NCBI GenBank assembly: GCA_964016885.1
Contig: OZ024741.1
Span: 136,028,001-136,092,000 of the forward strand
Length of the DNA: 64,000 nucleotides
Direction: 5' to 3'
Source of the DNA: Eledone cirrhosa
Lineage: Eukaryota
Shown here: piece by piece, positions 9,809 through 23,890 of the stretch
Numbering within the stretch: position 1 is the first letter of the stretch
Layout: each line of letters opens with the position of its first letter
Notes under the pieces: model-generated
The model's database searches: none
The model's input: the letters and a program-made list of their open reading frames with translations, nothing else
What the model was told of the DNA's origin: nothing
Position numbers and translations under genes: made by a program

Positions 9809-12800
9809 GTATGTATGTATGTATGTATGTGTGTGTGCGTATGTATGTATACATTTTTCATTTCTAAGGAATTTTCACTAATAGGAAGAGGGTTGGTTTC
9901 TAACACAAAAATAAGACTTTTATTGGAATTTAAACAACATCATCTAGCTAAATACATATGTACGTCTGTATGTGTTTATGAGTGTGTGTTCAGGTATGTA
10001 TGTTATTGTATGCGTTAATCCGTACGTGTTGAGTTATATGTGTACAGGTGCTTATGTTTCTGCAGTTATTACGTACTGGATTTCTGAAATGTTCCATTAA
10101 AGAACTGTATTGCAACTTCCTAACTAGACGTGCTCTTTCTGATTCTAAGAAGTCCAGCTTCTCAAGATTTATACTGAGCCAGTTAGTAACATATCCAAAT
10201 GCCTAATGACCACAGGTACAAATCTTACGTGTTTGCGTGTGTTTGTGCGTGTATTCACTGAGAAATAACGGTCGCAGAATAAATACTTAAAATATAGTAG
10301 AGAGTAACATATTCATTATTGTGACCAAAACTGAGTCCGGTTACTCTGGGCTTTCGCCTGTGTATTCACAGGATCATAGGACAAATGTTAAATATTCACT
10401 TGGCCAAAATATATGTTTTATTTTTTTTTATCTCCCATCTAGTTTTTGACACGTTTTGCTCTGAACACACTAAAAAGTATTCTAAGCAAGCATTTTCTAC
10501 TGCAAAGTCCACATTCACCAAGGCGATATCACGTGACAGCTCATGACACCATAACGGCACGCTTCATCTCTTTCAATATTTCTACAACGCTGCTACGCAC
10601 CTAGTAATTTTGGTTATTTACTTATTATTATCTATTTAATTTAATTAGTTATACAAATTTACATAAAACCGAGATTCAGTAATGTCCCCGCTGTATCTCT
10701 GGCCTGCACCCTATGTAGCTCCCACTTCGTTTTAATAGGAGCGTTGTCACTATTCATGTTCCATCTTTTAGTCGAATGAAATCACATGAAAATCCTTTTT
10801 TTTTATATTGTCTACTTTATTTATTTATTTTGTTTTCGTGGTTTCCCTTTTTCCCTTTTCAGTTTACGTGATGCTTGATTAATTGGTCGGATAAATTAAT
10901 TATAATCACGATACAATTCATTAAACCTAATTATGATTATTAATTTTTGCTGCTCATACTGCATATCTATTCTGGTTAATAACTTAATAACTTCAACGTC
11001 TCTCACTTTCTCACTGTCTCTTTCTCATTATCTCCTTTTCTCTCCCTTCCTTTGACATTAACTCCTTTTTTCTCCTTGATATTCTTATGCTCTTTCTCTT
11101 GCTGTCTCTTCCTTCTATTTATCTTCCTTCTATTTATCTCTCCCTTCCTTCTTATACTTTCTCTTCTTTCATTCTTCCACCTACATCCCTTCCTTTCTTA
11201 TTCTGTTCCTCGCGTTTCTTCCCTTGCGTTCGGTTTTCAATGAAATGTTTAAATTATATAGCCAATTCTCATGACAAATCAGCGATGCCTTTTTTCTCCT
11301 TTTCTGAGATTAACCTCGATCAACACTGCTTATTGTTGTTTTTTAAGAATACAATTTGCCAAAGTGATAAGAAGAAAGTGCAACAACAGAAAGGGTAAAA
11401 AAAGATAGTGTAGAAACAGCGATGATGCCACCTCTACACTTAAGAAAGACCGGGTGGCACCCAGTGGACAATTTGGCGAAAGCATTCCTGCAGAGAACAA
11501 CCACCACTAATCATTTCATTAGACGTTTCACATTGTAAGGCTCCTTCCTTTTGGTGTAATATCCTCCTGTAGGTATGGTGAAGAAAACTGGCAATCCTGG
11601 GGATCTAAGACACTGAAAGTCCCAATAGAGACTGGCACAAAAAGTAAAGGATTATTCAAAGCTTGATATTTGGTCATTTTTATCATTGCTTACAGGTCAT
11701 ACACCTTTGTTAAATATTTACTGATAACAGTAAAACCACCATCTCGCAAAAGTTGATTCTAAATTCAAAGTACTGTATACTTTTTACTTCCACCTTCATA
11801 CAACACTTATACATCGTGGTGTGTCTGTGTGTGTGTGTGTGTGTGTGCGTGCGTGTGCGCGCGTGTGTGTGTGTGTGTGTGTGTGTGTAGATTGTAAATT
11901 AAGCCGCCGTAAGAGTAATATTGTTGCATGTGTTTATCAACGGTAAAACTATTAGCGTTTCAAATAATCATTAAATTCATCAATTTAATCCGATATTTTC
12001 ATAAGCTCCTTTTCTTCAAAACCTCTTTTGAAAAAGCAAATCTTTCATTTCTACTTTGCATGTTTAAATATTCTAAATTATATCCTTTTTAGAATTTTTT
12101 GTTTCATTGAAAACTCTCCTTATTCATAATATATTTGTATTGCTTTTCAAATTCACGATTTTTAACTATTTCTATTTATATAGCTGTATTTTATTGTGAA
12201 AGCGCTTGGTTTTGTGGTTAGGTTGCTTGAGTTGCTATCATGAGATCGTAACTTAGATTGCCGACAGCACGTTGTGACATTTAACAAAACACCCTCATTC
12301 ACCATCTCCTGTCAAAAATGAGCTTTCTCTGTAATTTAAAGAGTAAGCCGAATCAACCCGACATCGACGTTAAAGGTGGACATATTTATGGAACGCGCAG
12401 CCATTTGCACGTCAATTTCAGGAGCAGGCTCTTCTGTAGATCGAACAAATGTAACACTAATCGTTGCAGCCAGTGAGGCCCGACAATATTTTTACTTGTG
12501 TTTTTTAGGAGTGAGTCTCGTAAATGTATTTTTAGAATGCTGAGTAATTAAATCATATGCAGTCAAATAAGCATCTACAGTTCTAGAGGCTATAATTCCG
12601 ATATTTATGTTTTAGACATAGATCATGCTGGAGCACTGCCTTAATTTAGTCGATAATATTGATTCTAGTACATATTTTTTCAAGTCTCGTACTTATTTTA
12701 TCGATCTCTTTTTAGTTGAACCGCTAAATTATGGGGAAACAGACACGAGCATAAACGTAATGTGGCACACACAAGAACACAAAAAGACACTCATACACAC

Positions 12801-12832
12801 ACACACTCACACGCGTACACACACACGCACAA

Positions 12833-12868
<36 letters not shown>

Positions 12869-12889
12869 TAGGGGAGTATATTAATGATT

Positions 12890-13103
12890 TCTAGTATAGG
12901 CACAAGGCCAGTAATTTGGGGAAGTGGAAAGTCGATTAAATCGACCCCCAGTACGTTACTGGTGCTTTATTTTGTCGACCCCATAAGGATGAAAGCCAAA
13001 GTTAACCTCGACGGGATTTGAACTCAGACCGTAAAGGACCATAACTCTATGCTATAAAACATGGTGTTCGACTCTCTACCGATACTGTTAATCCACCGCC
13101 CCT
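12890..13103 (-). mobile_element. SINE family B, near full length
   Basis: Reverse complement of the 946-1141 and 34451-34645 copies. Flanked by the direct repeat TAGGGGAGTATATTAATG (12869-12886 and 13103-13120), a likely target-site duplication. Confidence 0.85.
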
Positions 13104-14469
13104 AGGGGAGTATATTAATGCATACACAATGTGTCTGTAATAAACATATACGTCACGCTGTGGGTATTTTAAGTTTATATCGATTTTTTGCAAATGAACC
13201 TGTTGTGATCACAGATTAAAATAAGAAAGACTTATGTTTGTTTATTATACATAAAAATATTGTATTGCTTTCATTCATATTTCGAATAATAATCAACTAA
13301 AGAGAGAAGAATTTTTTCATAAGGAAAAACATTTTTCTTTGATAGCGAAGCTTGTTGACATTGACTGCGCTTCATTCTTGTTCAATTTCCTTCTTAATGT
13401 CCTATTTGCTTTTGTTGCTCTACCCTGTTATTGTTATTGTTGTTCTGCTGCATGTTTTCCCTCTTCAGAATCAAAGTCATTCCAATGATAACCATCCTTT
13501 CTCTGGGTATGAGGTGAACTACATCAACCTATCTATCCACAATTTTCTAAGAATGTAATGCGTCATTTGACGGATATATGGCTGCTAATTCTATCAGGCC
13601 AATCGGCCATGTCATGGTCCTGTCTTTTGACTCACAAATGTGTCTTTGATATGGGAAATGCCGGCTTCCCATATTTATATGTGGCCAACGTGTCAGCCTA
13701 TATGTGAGGACTCAGTCTGTAGAAACTAGCAGTCAAATCTCTTTCAGAGGAAACAAATATATCAATAAATGTCATTTTTAAGGGTCTTAGAAGTACTCAG
13801 CTCACTGTAATCCTCCCTTTTATAAAAATGGTTGTCTGGGTTAATGAGATTTGGTTATTATTTCTTGCAGATTGAGCACACATGTATATAAACATTTAGT
13901 ATATCCTTTTATATATACTCCTATTATGCTTAACGCTATCTTAGTACAACTGCCAATTAATTATAACCAGCTATATTGATACCATATGCAAATGATCATT
14001 ATTAGGCAATATTTTCTATTTTCTATATCCAAATGAGCCCCACCAGTAAATGTTCATCACGCAAAATCTATGTAGGCTCTGGTCTATTTTCTCCTCAGTA
14101 CAGTTTGACGACAGATTAAGCAATCTTGAAACATGTTTGAAATTCCCAATGACTACTCATAAAAAATGGATCATTTTCACACAGCATGACTGACAAAAAT
14201 ATTCGTTTCATAGGGAAAAAATATGTTTTTTATTTGATAGGAAAGCGCTCATATGTTTATTGTCTATAAACATATATATATATATATATATATGCTTTCA
14301 TATACACCCCTATTATCCTATTGTGCTTAAAGTTACATTAGCTTTACTCCTTATATATACATAAATATAGGAGTCGATTGACTTTCGTCAAATCGGACCG
14401 AGGAAACAATGTTTCCATTGTTCTTTCCAATCGCTAATACTATTTATTGGAAGCAACTCCAGGTAGAAG

Positions 14470-14590
14470 GAGCAACGTGAAATAAAGTGTCTTGCTCAAG
14501 GACATAACGCATCAACCGGTCCAGGAATCGAACACACAACCTCAAGATTGTGAATCCTATTCAATACCCACTCAGCCACGCTCCTTCACA
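14470..14590 (-). mobile_element. SINE family C head
   Basis: Minus strand: GTGAAGGAGCGTGGCTGAGTGG...GTTCGATTCC...CCTTGAGCAAGACACTTTATTTCACGTTGCTCC. Confidence 0.75.
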
Positions 14591-14599
14591 CACACACAT

Positions 14600-14710
<111 letters not shown>

Positions 14711-14723
14711 ATATATATATATG

Positions 14724-14770
<47 letters not shown>

Positions 14771-14830
14771 CGTAAAATAAGAAAATTAAAAAAAAAATTT
14801 TTTTTTAAAATTAACTTACTTAAATTTTCA

Positions 14831-14910
14831 CTCCAAATAATTAGTTTCTGCAATGGGATAAAGACAGTTACGTAATGAACTGTTGAGAATTTCATTGCGT
14901 CATCAGGGAA
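14831..14910 (-). ncRNA. Type I hammerhead ribozyme with extended stem II, in a PLE-like 3' end (about 14765-15260)
   Basis: ttcc-CTGATGA-c-gcaatg...acagtt/aactgt...cattgc-a-GAAA-ctaattat-TT-ggag. The element 3' end abuts (AT)n at 14764. Stem III has one mismatch. Confidence 0.65.
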
Positions 14911-15296
14911 ATCTATTCTCAGCCAAGTCACCAGGCAATGCGCGGACACTGGGGACTCATATAAAAATAATAATAATTCGGTAAATTGAACAGCTATCGA
15001 GGACTGGATTCCAGGTACTGAAAATTCTCACTGCCACTGGTCATATGGCCGATTCTAAAGAATCAATCACGTGACACAGAGGCTAGTCAGTAGGAATGGG
15101 ATGGTAAGATGACAGACGCCTACTAACACCCCAAAAAAATTTAGAAGTGGTTTTGGCAGGTTTGCTCGACAAATCGGTGATTTGCAGATAAATATAGATA
15201 ATTTAATATATCTACTAACATAAGCGCACATATGTACGCTAATGCCAGCAAATACACAGGTTATGTCATATATATATATATCTATATCTATCTATA

Positions 15297-15382
<86 letters not shown>

Positions 15383-15645
15383 TATACTAGGTCTCAAAGT
15401 CTGCATGTAGGTTGCAAAGTCGGCGGATCCGGGGAAGTTGAGAATAGGGAATGGAGTGTTTGGTGTGAGTGCGGTGGGAGGAGGTAAAGTCGAGGTAGGA
15501 GAGGGAGTCTTGGTTTGAAGAAAGCGGAGATGTGTGTGTGTGTTTGTGTGTTTGTGTGTGTATGAAATATATATCACTCACTAAAAGTGGTCTATGATTA
15601 TTGGTAGTATATCACGACATAATAATAACAACAATAATAATAACA

Positions 15646-15681
<36 letters not shown>

Positions 15682-16143
15682 GAATGCCATGGTTGACGGA
15701 GGCTCGGCTCTGTAAGATATGGTAATTTTTAACCGCTATAACAATTGTAAATTGCTTAAAACTTTCACCAAATTGTAGATATAAACACCCTCCTCCTCGT
15801 GAGAGGGGTCATTCTGTCCGTTATTTGGCACTTCGGGGTTAAATAACCGCTTATTGGGGGTTTTGTGCCCAATATTCATTTTAAACCCCCAAAAATATGG
15901 CAACAAAAAATAATTTTCGCGAGTCACTCCCACTCATTCCGTCTTCTTCTTCCTCAATCGTCACTACATCTGAGCGAAAATTGTCTCTCTCCCTCCCTTC
16001 TCCAAATGTGTCTCTCTCCCTCCCTTCTCTTTCGCAAGCGACGCCATTAAAGAAAAAGAAAAATATAGTTTCTGAGAGGTTTCAACAAGAGCACGTGCAT
16101 ACCGTGGAACATTTCTCCACGACGACGACAACGACGAAAAAAT

Positions 16144-17040
16144 GTGTGCGGTAAATACGGAAAGCCATTTCATTCGTCTGACGTCATGAAGAATAGCAGT
16201 AGCAGCCGTAATAACAGGAGCAGCAGCAACAGTGACAAGGAAAACACTAGTAGCAGCCGCAACAACATCAGCAGCAGCATAAACAACAACAGCAGCAGCA
16301 GCAATAACAACAACAACAGCAGCAGCAGCAGCAACAACAACAACAACCACAGCAACAGCGGCGGCGGCGGTTGTAGTACCAGCAGTAACAACAAAAGTAA
16401 CAGCAGCTCTGACGACAACAACAACAACAACAAGAAAGAAACACTAATCGCATTTGCAGGTATCGCAAAGAACCCGGAAACCATCCTTATAACAAATGAG
16501 GAATTACAGGAAGCAAAGAAGATGGTGACGAAAACCGGACACCGAGCAATCTGCAAGGCAGCCGAAACATTTTTCGAAACCCAACAGTACTGTACGGTCA
16601 CATACCGTACAGTAAGCAGAAAATCCCGTAGGGTTGAAAGAGCCACATAGGCTCAAATACAAAAAGCCTTAGAGTTTGTGTGGCAGCGGAAAACGCATAT
16701 CATCGAGGCAAGAAATATGCCACCGTGGACGTGCTTTTTGCCACACCCCAGGAGGCAAAGGAGCGAGGAAATGGTGTTGGGGCCCTCCTACTGCGGGAAA
16801 AAAATTGTGGGGGGCAAACTGACCCACGTCCCTCCCGGGATGGCCCCTTCTTGGCTGGCCGCGTCTGTCCTCATCGGAATCGAGGACAAAACAACTGTAC
16901 TGGAAGTACAGAAAAAAGTACGAGAAGATTGGGTCGGCACCTCCATTGAGATGTTAATCCAAACCAACCAGGAGTGCATCGAAGCTATCCCGGATGTGAT
17001 AGACTTCGATAACGGCACTCAACTGCCCATAAGTGCTGAA
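16144..17040 (+). pseudogene. ORF1 remnant of the Tx1-like element
   Basis: Decayed knuckle CGKYGKPFH, an (AAC/AGC)n expansion at about 16190-16432, then frameshifted segments KKYATVDVLFATPQEA and PSYCGKK...THVPPG...LPISAEG. Confidence 0.6.
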
Positions 17041-19674
17041 GGTAAATGCGTCCTTACCAGCGCGCAAGGCCTACAGAGACCGGATTAGCGAACTAGTTAA
17101 GCGAGCGTTGACGGGGGCCATCGTCAACAACAAGTGGTGGTTTGCTCTGAAAAGAGCGACTAGAATAGAGTCCATTAGGTTTAGTAAGGCTTTAGCTATA
17201 GAGAAAAATAGAGCAGAGGGAGAACTAGTTAGAAAATTAGACGGGGCGCTTAGCAAAGGCATCGCGACAGACGTACTTGCGACGAAATTGGCCCTTTACC
17301 AATTCTTCAATGCAAAGCACGAAGGCTGCGTTGTCAGACCTAGGGTGCGTGCTCTCAGACGCGAGGGGACGAAAGCCGTTCAATGGGCCCGAGTGGCGGA
17401 GGCCCGTCGTGGCAACAAAGCCACGATCCGGTCTTTGGTGGACCACGACGGGCGCATGCTACTCGATCCCGGGCAAATGTGTGAAGCTTTTCAGCGACAT
17501 TTCGGGGTCAGCGGCGGGCCGGATCGAGGGATGGACTTTAGTGTCTACCTCAACGGACTGCCGCGGCTCTCGGTCACTGAGGCGCAGTGTTGCGAAAATC
17601 CGATAACAGCTGCTGAAGTACGGGAGGCAATGACTGGCTGCACAAGGGGTAAATCGCCTGGTTTGGATGGTCTGCCCTATGAACTTTACGTACAGATGCC
17701 AGACTTGTTCGGAGGCCTCTTGGCGGACGACTACTGCAACTGGCAACAGAACGGGAGAATTCCCAGCTCTGTGAGCCAAGGAACGGTGGCGCTGCTGAGA
17801 AAGGATCCGAACAAGGGGGATAGAATAGATAATTTCAGGCCCATAACTCTGCTAAACACAGAGTTCAAGATTTTGGCCAAGGTGCTAGCAAAGAGGTTGG
17901 CGCTTGTCGTTGGTGGTCTGGTAGGAGCGTCGCAGACATGCGCCATTCCCGACAGATCCATCCACGACAACCTCCACTTCATGCGATACATCGTAGAGAG
18001 GGTAGCTAGGGAATCTGGCACGGGTGGGTCCTTGATCAATTTAGATCAGTCGAAAGCTTTCGATAGGGTCGACCATCGTTACCTAGCGACAGTCCTGAAG
18101 GCGGCTGGCTTTGGGCCCATCTTCAGAGACTGGATCGCTGCCATGCACAGCGACATCTGCTCTGTGGTGAGAGTGAACGGTCACCTTTCGGAACCGTTCA
18201 ACATCATGCGCTCGGTCCGCCAAGGATGTCCCCTCTCGTCCCTCTGGAGATGTTGAGGGGGGGGGGGGGGGTCCCGTGCGAACTAGGATGCGGAAGATCC
18301 GTTTCAGCATATGGAGGACGATGTCACCGTAGTGGTGTTGAACGCCAAATACATCGAGGCGATTGGCACTACACTAAGAGAATACGAAGCGGTGACAGGA
18401 GCAATGATCAACCAGGAAAAGTCAGTGGGCCTGCAGCTCGGCACCTGGAGAGGCAGGTCCATGCCGTCCAACAGCGTCGTCGGGCGCTGGACGGACGGAG
18501 CGGTTAAATTGCTAGGGTCTGGTTCGGTCCGGACCTCCAGACGGATAAAAACTGGGACGCGGTGACGAGCAGGGTGGCTTCTCTCACCCAGAAATGGGCG
18601 GAGAGGAAGCTATCCCTAAAAGATCGAGCGGAGGTGGCTAACGCGTACATCGCGTCCGTCATCTACTACCCCCTGACCGTCGTACCTTGTTCTAAGCCCC
18701 GCCTGACTGCGCTGGAGCGTTTGCTCTTTCGCTTTTTGTGGAAGGGACGCGCTCCGATTGTCAGGCGGTCCATCTGCTGTCAACACCCGCTACGTGGAGG
18801 GCTGTGCATGCCGTTCCTGATGATGCGCAGACACGCGCTCAGGCTACGACATCTCCACCTCTTCCTCGACGGTGATCAGGTGTGGTCGCCGTTTGCTAGA
18901 CGCGTCTTTCCCCAGATCGTCTCCTTGGCGGAGCTGCAGTCCTGGGTCAAGCGAAGACCGAGAGGGAGCGCTTGGAGACTGGAATGTCTTCAGGCGCTCA
19001 CAGCCCTCGACCAATCGGGCAATGTGATGGGTGGAAACTCCACCTTGGCGTTCTATAGAGGATTAGTGGAGGGGAAGAGCGACGACGTACTTGGGGAAAA
19101 TCTAGGCGTCGACGGAAATCAACTAGCCAATCTCTTTGGAAGGACTTTCGAGCCGGGGCTTATGGACAACTCGCAGAAATCCCTGGCCTCGCAGTGCTAC
19201 CGAGGAGCTTTGCCAGTTCCGGATAAACTCTACAGGTATGGAGGTGCCGTCAGCCGGGAATGTCCGAGATGCGCGCAGGGCGACTAAACCGTCCTGCACG
19301 CACTCGTCCAGTGTCCGAGCATTGCTGACTTGTGGGTTTATGTAGAACACCTGCTGTCACGTGTAGGACGGATCCAGCTATCATCTGAGTCCATCTTGAG
19401 GATTGCCCCGCCCTCTTCCTTTAGCCGGGAAGGGCAGGCAGTTTTTATCTGTCTGGTGGCCATGGCGAAAGAGATAGTATGGTGGATACGTTTGAAAGGG
19501 CTGAAGACGAGCACTTACCCCTTCGGTGATGCCCTGATTAACTTTTTCAGATTTCATTTGAAAAGGAAATCAGGGTAGAGAGGGAGTGCTCTCTTCCAAG
19601 CATTTTGTTGAAAGATGGGTGAGAGAACAAGTATGGCCCGAGTGAATGGGCCTACTCTGAGTATGTGTCTGTAA
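17041..19674 (+). pseudogene. ORF2 remnant (RT + CCHC) lacking the APE endonuclease
   Basis: KSPGLDGLPYELY, NFRPITLLNTEFKILAKVLA, LDQSKAFDRVDH, VRQGCPLS, a frameshifted YxDD near 18309-18322, AMINQEKS and CPRCAQGD*TVLHALVQC. Several frameshifts and stops. Confidence 0.92.
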
Positions 19675-20290
19675 ATTAAAGGTGGAAAACTGGGAGAGGG
19701 CACTTGCCCTGATGGTCAGGGTCACTGTGGCCTTTTAATGGGCTTTCTCCACAAATGTCCTTCGAAATTTTTCATTGTTATTTTTTATTACATCCTCTGT
19801 TTTTGTTTTTTACACGCAGAAATGCCCATTTGTATCGTCCTGTATTGTCCTGTACTGTCCTTAATGTCTACTTTATGTAAACCCTTGTGGTTAATAAAGA
19901 AAGCATTATTATTATTATTATTATATTGATTAATTTCGTGGCTTTATTCAATATTCAATATTGTCCATGTATTAAACATTCTTGCATTTATATTTGTTAT
20001 ATATATTATATTTAGCTTCTTACGTATAACAACTCAAGTGGAATAGATAGAAATAGCAGTCTTTGATACACACGCCCATACACACACTCACTCTCCCTCC
20101 CTACCCCTCTGCCCCCTTCTCTCTGTATCTATCTTTGCAAAGATTTCTAGTCTTCTACTTCTTTAGAAGCTTATTATTCTGACAATAATACTTGAATATT
20201 TTCAAAGGCTTATCCATAAAACTGTATGTTGATGTTCCTACCTTTACGATGTGTTTCATAAAATACCCAACTGTCTTCATTGCTGTAAAA

Positions 20291-20351
<61 letters not shown>

Positions 20352-20581
20352 GTGTATGTGTGTGTGTGTTAAAAAACTAAACAAAATGCCGTTGAACACA
20401 GCGCTTTCATCACTGACGTGATTTCCCAAGTGGTTATCACATCTTCTACTGATACACATTTTGATTGGTATATTATATTAGCGGATTTATGGTGTCCACA
20501 TTACATAGGTATGCAAATAAGATTGATTAAATGTAGGGAAATGGAGGCTTGGAGACAATTAGATGTAGATTAAGACTCTGA

Positions 20582-20631
<50 letters not shown>

Positions 20632-20711
20632 TATATATATATATATATATATATATAAATGGAAAAGAATGAAACGAAATTTCATTTCTCACTCTTAGTA
20701 CGGCTGATACT

Positions 20712-20755
<44 letters not shown>

Positions 20756-20798
20756 GAAATACTGTTGGCTTCACGCTCACAATACTTTCTATACTTTC

Positions 20799-20863
<65 letters not shown>

Positions 20864-21231
20864 TGTTGTGGCTGTGTGTATACATACATATATATATATA
20901 CATACATATATTTGTACATACATATAAGACCACATATATAAGCCGTGTATAACACTAATATAGTTATCCACTTACACAATTTAGAAACTCACCAACTAGT
21001 ATGCAATATTACTATTTTCTGTCTCTCTAGTACTTCCGTCTCCCTCTCCCCCTTTTACTCACTCAATTTCTTTGTATATATTTATATACATATATATATA
21101 TATTTATATATATATATATATATATATATGCGTGTGTGTGTGTAAGTGGGTATTTCTATCGATCATCCTTCTTATGAATTTTCCCCACTAATATGCTCAT
21201 ATAATTGTCCTGCACCCACCCTCTCTCTCTT

Positions 21232-21301
<70 letters not shown>

Positions 21302-21473
21302 CTAAATACTCTATCACTGACTGTTTTAAGGAGATTGACTGCCATAAACATGCTATGAGAAGTATTATTCTCTGCAGTAGCTGTATCATCTTTTTTAAAT
21401 ACGCTTTTGTAATGTTTTTCCCTCTCTCTCTCCCCCTTTTACTCACTCAATTTCTTTGTATATATTTATATAC

Positions 21474-21529
<56 letters not shown>

Positions 21530-21533
<4 letters not shown>

Positions 21534-22006
21534 ATAATGAAATGACAGGAGGCTGGATTTGTGTAAATCCTTGAAAGGTTTATTATACTATGACCATTTC
21601 AATGACCGGGTTCCGTATGAATCCGGTGATATCATCAGGTATTCGAAATATAATACGTGAATGTAATAGATAAAATCCATGGGGCTGAAAATCGAGGACC
21701 CGAGGGCGACCGCTATCCTGCTCCTTCAACCTCAGCCGGTCGCCCTCGAGTGACGTGGCTAAAGTTTACAGTGTCCCACTACAGGTCAGATAAACGAAAA
21801 CAGAAAGGGATGGGACATAAGTTAGCGTCAATCTCATGCCACAAGATAAAAGAAAGAAAGAAAGGAAGGAGAGAGAAGAAGGGGGAAGGAAGAAGAAGAG
21901 AAGCCAGGGTTAATGTCAAGAGAGAGAGAGGGGGGTGCAGGACTATTATATGAGCATATTAGTAGGGACAATTCATAAGAAGGATGATGGATAGAAATAC
22001 CCACTT

Positions 22007-22016
<10 letters not shown>
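21530..22016 (-). mobile_element. PLE-like 3' end between (AT)n arrays
   Basis: Contains a hammerhead followed by AATAAA. Its 3' terminus GCCTCCTGTCATTT is shared with the 24760-25075 element. Confidence 0.65.
21585..21642 (-). ncRNA. Minimal type I hammerhead ribozyme
   Basis: atac-CTGATGA-tatc-accggattc-atacg-gaacccggt-catt-GAAA-tggtca-TA-gtat. Confidence 0.75.
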
Positions 22017-22055
<39 letters not shown>

Positions 22056-23114
22056 CTAAATACTCTATCACTGACTGTTTTAAGGAGATTGACAGCCATA
22101 AACATGCTATGAGAAGTATTATTCTCTGCAGTAGCTGTATCATCTTTTTTAAATACGTTTTTGTAATGTTTTTTCTGGTTTCAATCATTTGACAGCTGCC
22201 ATGCTGGGACTCTTGTCTTGACTTGAATTAGTAGATCATATCGACACCAGTCTATATTTCTTCTCGTCTAGCGTTTAATTTATTCATTTCATCTTCGTCG
22301 AACCACTACATCCACTAGGACATGCACCAGCAAAACCCACGGAGAAGCAGGACACACAAGCAATATACCACAACTCAATATACGTATATTGTTCCCTTCG
22401 TCAGATCAGTTGCGAAAGTTCACAGTTGTTTTTGTTTGACCTTAAATCAATCCTCATCGATTAAACAGCCGTATTATCTAGTCGTGCACATGAATTTTTT
22501 TGTTCAAGCATAGCCTATCTAGGAATACATTATCCATTGTGTCCGCCTTGTTTATAAAGTCAGTGGTACGTGGCGGTGGATTGAGAGAATTGTTTGATTC
22601 TCGAATTGTAGTACTGCACGATATTTGTTCTGATTCTCAGCACTTTGATTTCAAATCCCACCGAGGTCGCTTCGCCTTTCCTTTATTCTTTCGGTTTCAT
22701 AAACAATGTATTAATCCAGAGCGATGGATTAGCGTTTTTGTTAGGGATCTGGACTTATACCTTGTGATAAGTCTTCCAACAAGAGCAATTTTTTAGAGTG
22801 TTGCGTTCAACTGTTAGATCACTTTGGTTAAGGAGTATTGACCTTTGCATTTCGATTAAACAATATAGCTGAGATGAAGAGCAGAGAGATGCATGCATGA
22901 GTGACTGCTGGTCTTTCACACACAATAAAAGAATAAAATGCCTAGGCCTGAAACACTGATCTTTCATGCGCGACAGCATCTTATCATACCATAATGGGTG
23001 AGATTATGGATATTTAGGTGTTTCTAGCAGCTTGTAGAAAATATGTTAAAGTATATGCCAATTTCATTAAAGTACTTTAGATTCTGACCACGATGCATTT
23101 AGCATCGTATAAAA

Positions 23115-23392
23115 CAGTTGTTCCTAAATGTTTCACTATTCAACTATTATTTCACTATTCAACTTTTCACTTTCAACTATTATTTAAATGAACCCCCCAC
23201 ACTCAAGCTGCAGTTACTACCATCCTAGAGTTTTATCCGACAAAATGTGTTATACTTACAGATGAATATCCAATAGTGTGAGTAAATTATTTATTTAACA
23301 AAGTATTTGAAATTCTGAATTTAGCTCAAAGATTTTCTGTTTTATATTTTTTGACCTCTCGTGGTTCTCTGGTCGCAGGTCCAGAACCGCTG
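23115..23392. mobile_element. Possible hAT-type MITE, diverged
   Basis: Ends CAGTTGTTC...GAACCGCTG resemble CAGTGGTTC-type TIRs. The 8-bp TSD is not convincing. Confidence 0.3.
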
Positions 23393-23890
23393 ATACAGAA
23401 AATATATTTCAGGAAATACTGTTGTTTTCAAACTATATTTTGTTATCAACAACATATTTCCTTACTCGGAAATTCTATCCCAGTGTAAACACTCCAGTAA
23501 CCAGATTACCTGTTATTTTATCCACTCCCAAGGTACACACACAGTGGAAAAGAAATGGATAAATACTGTCTAATATTCCAAATATTCCTGCCAGCTAGGA
23601 TTATCTTGGCCTAACTTCATATGTATATATATCGCTAAACAAGTAATTAAATCCTATTCTGTTTTCAATAACATAGTTGTTAGTAGTCTAGAGATTTCCT
23701 GTATCACGAAAAAGATCATAATTTATGTTAATAGTTCAACATTCATTTGAACCCGCTCCCATAACCCGTAACAGTTCAACACACAGATTTAGATGTTAGC
23801 AGATAAAATTAAGACATTTACATAATCATACTGGAAGAAGTTTATATCCCCGCGAAAAAAATTACTTATTTCAAATTTTATATCGGCAAA

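Larger units (their letters stand above)
15682..19925 (+). mobile_element. Tx1/L1-type non-LTR retrotransposon, internally deleted and non-functional
   Basis: GC-rich island with ORF1 remnant, RT motifs and a C-terminal CCHC. AATAAA at 19893 and (ATT)n on both sides. Confidence 0.9.

Noticed and set aside
15387-15530. Helitron-like CTAG end on the minus strand
   Set aside because: The subterminal hairpin is weak and no 5' end or second copy was found.
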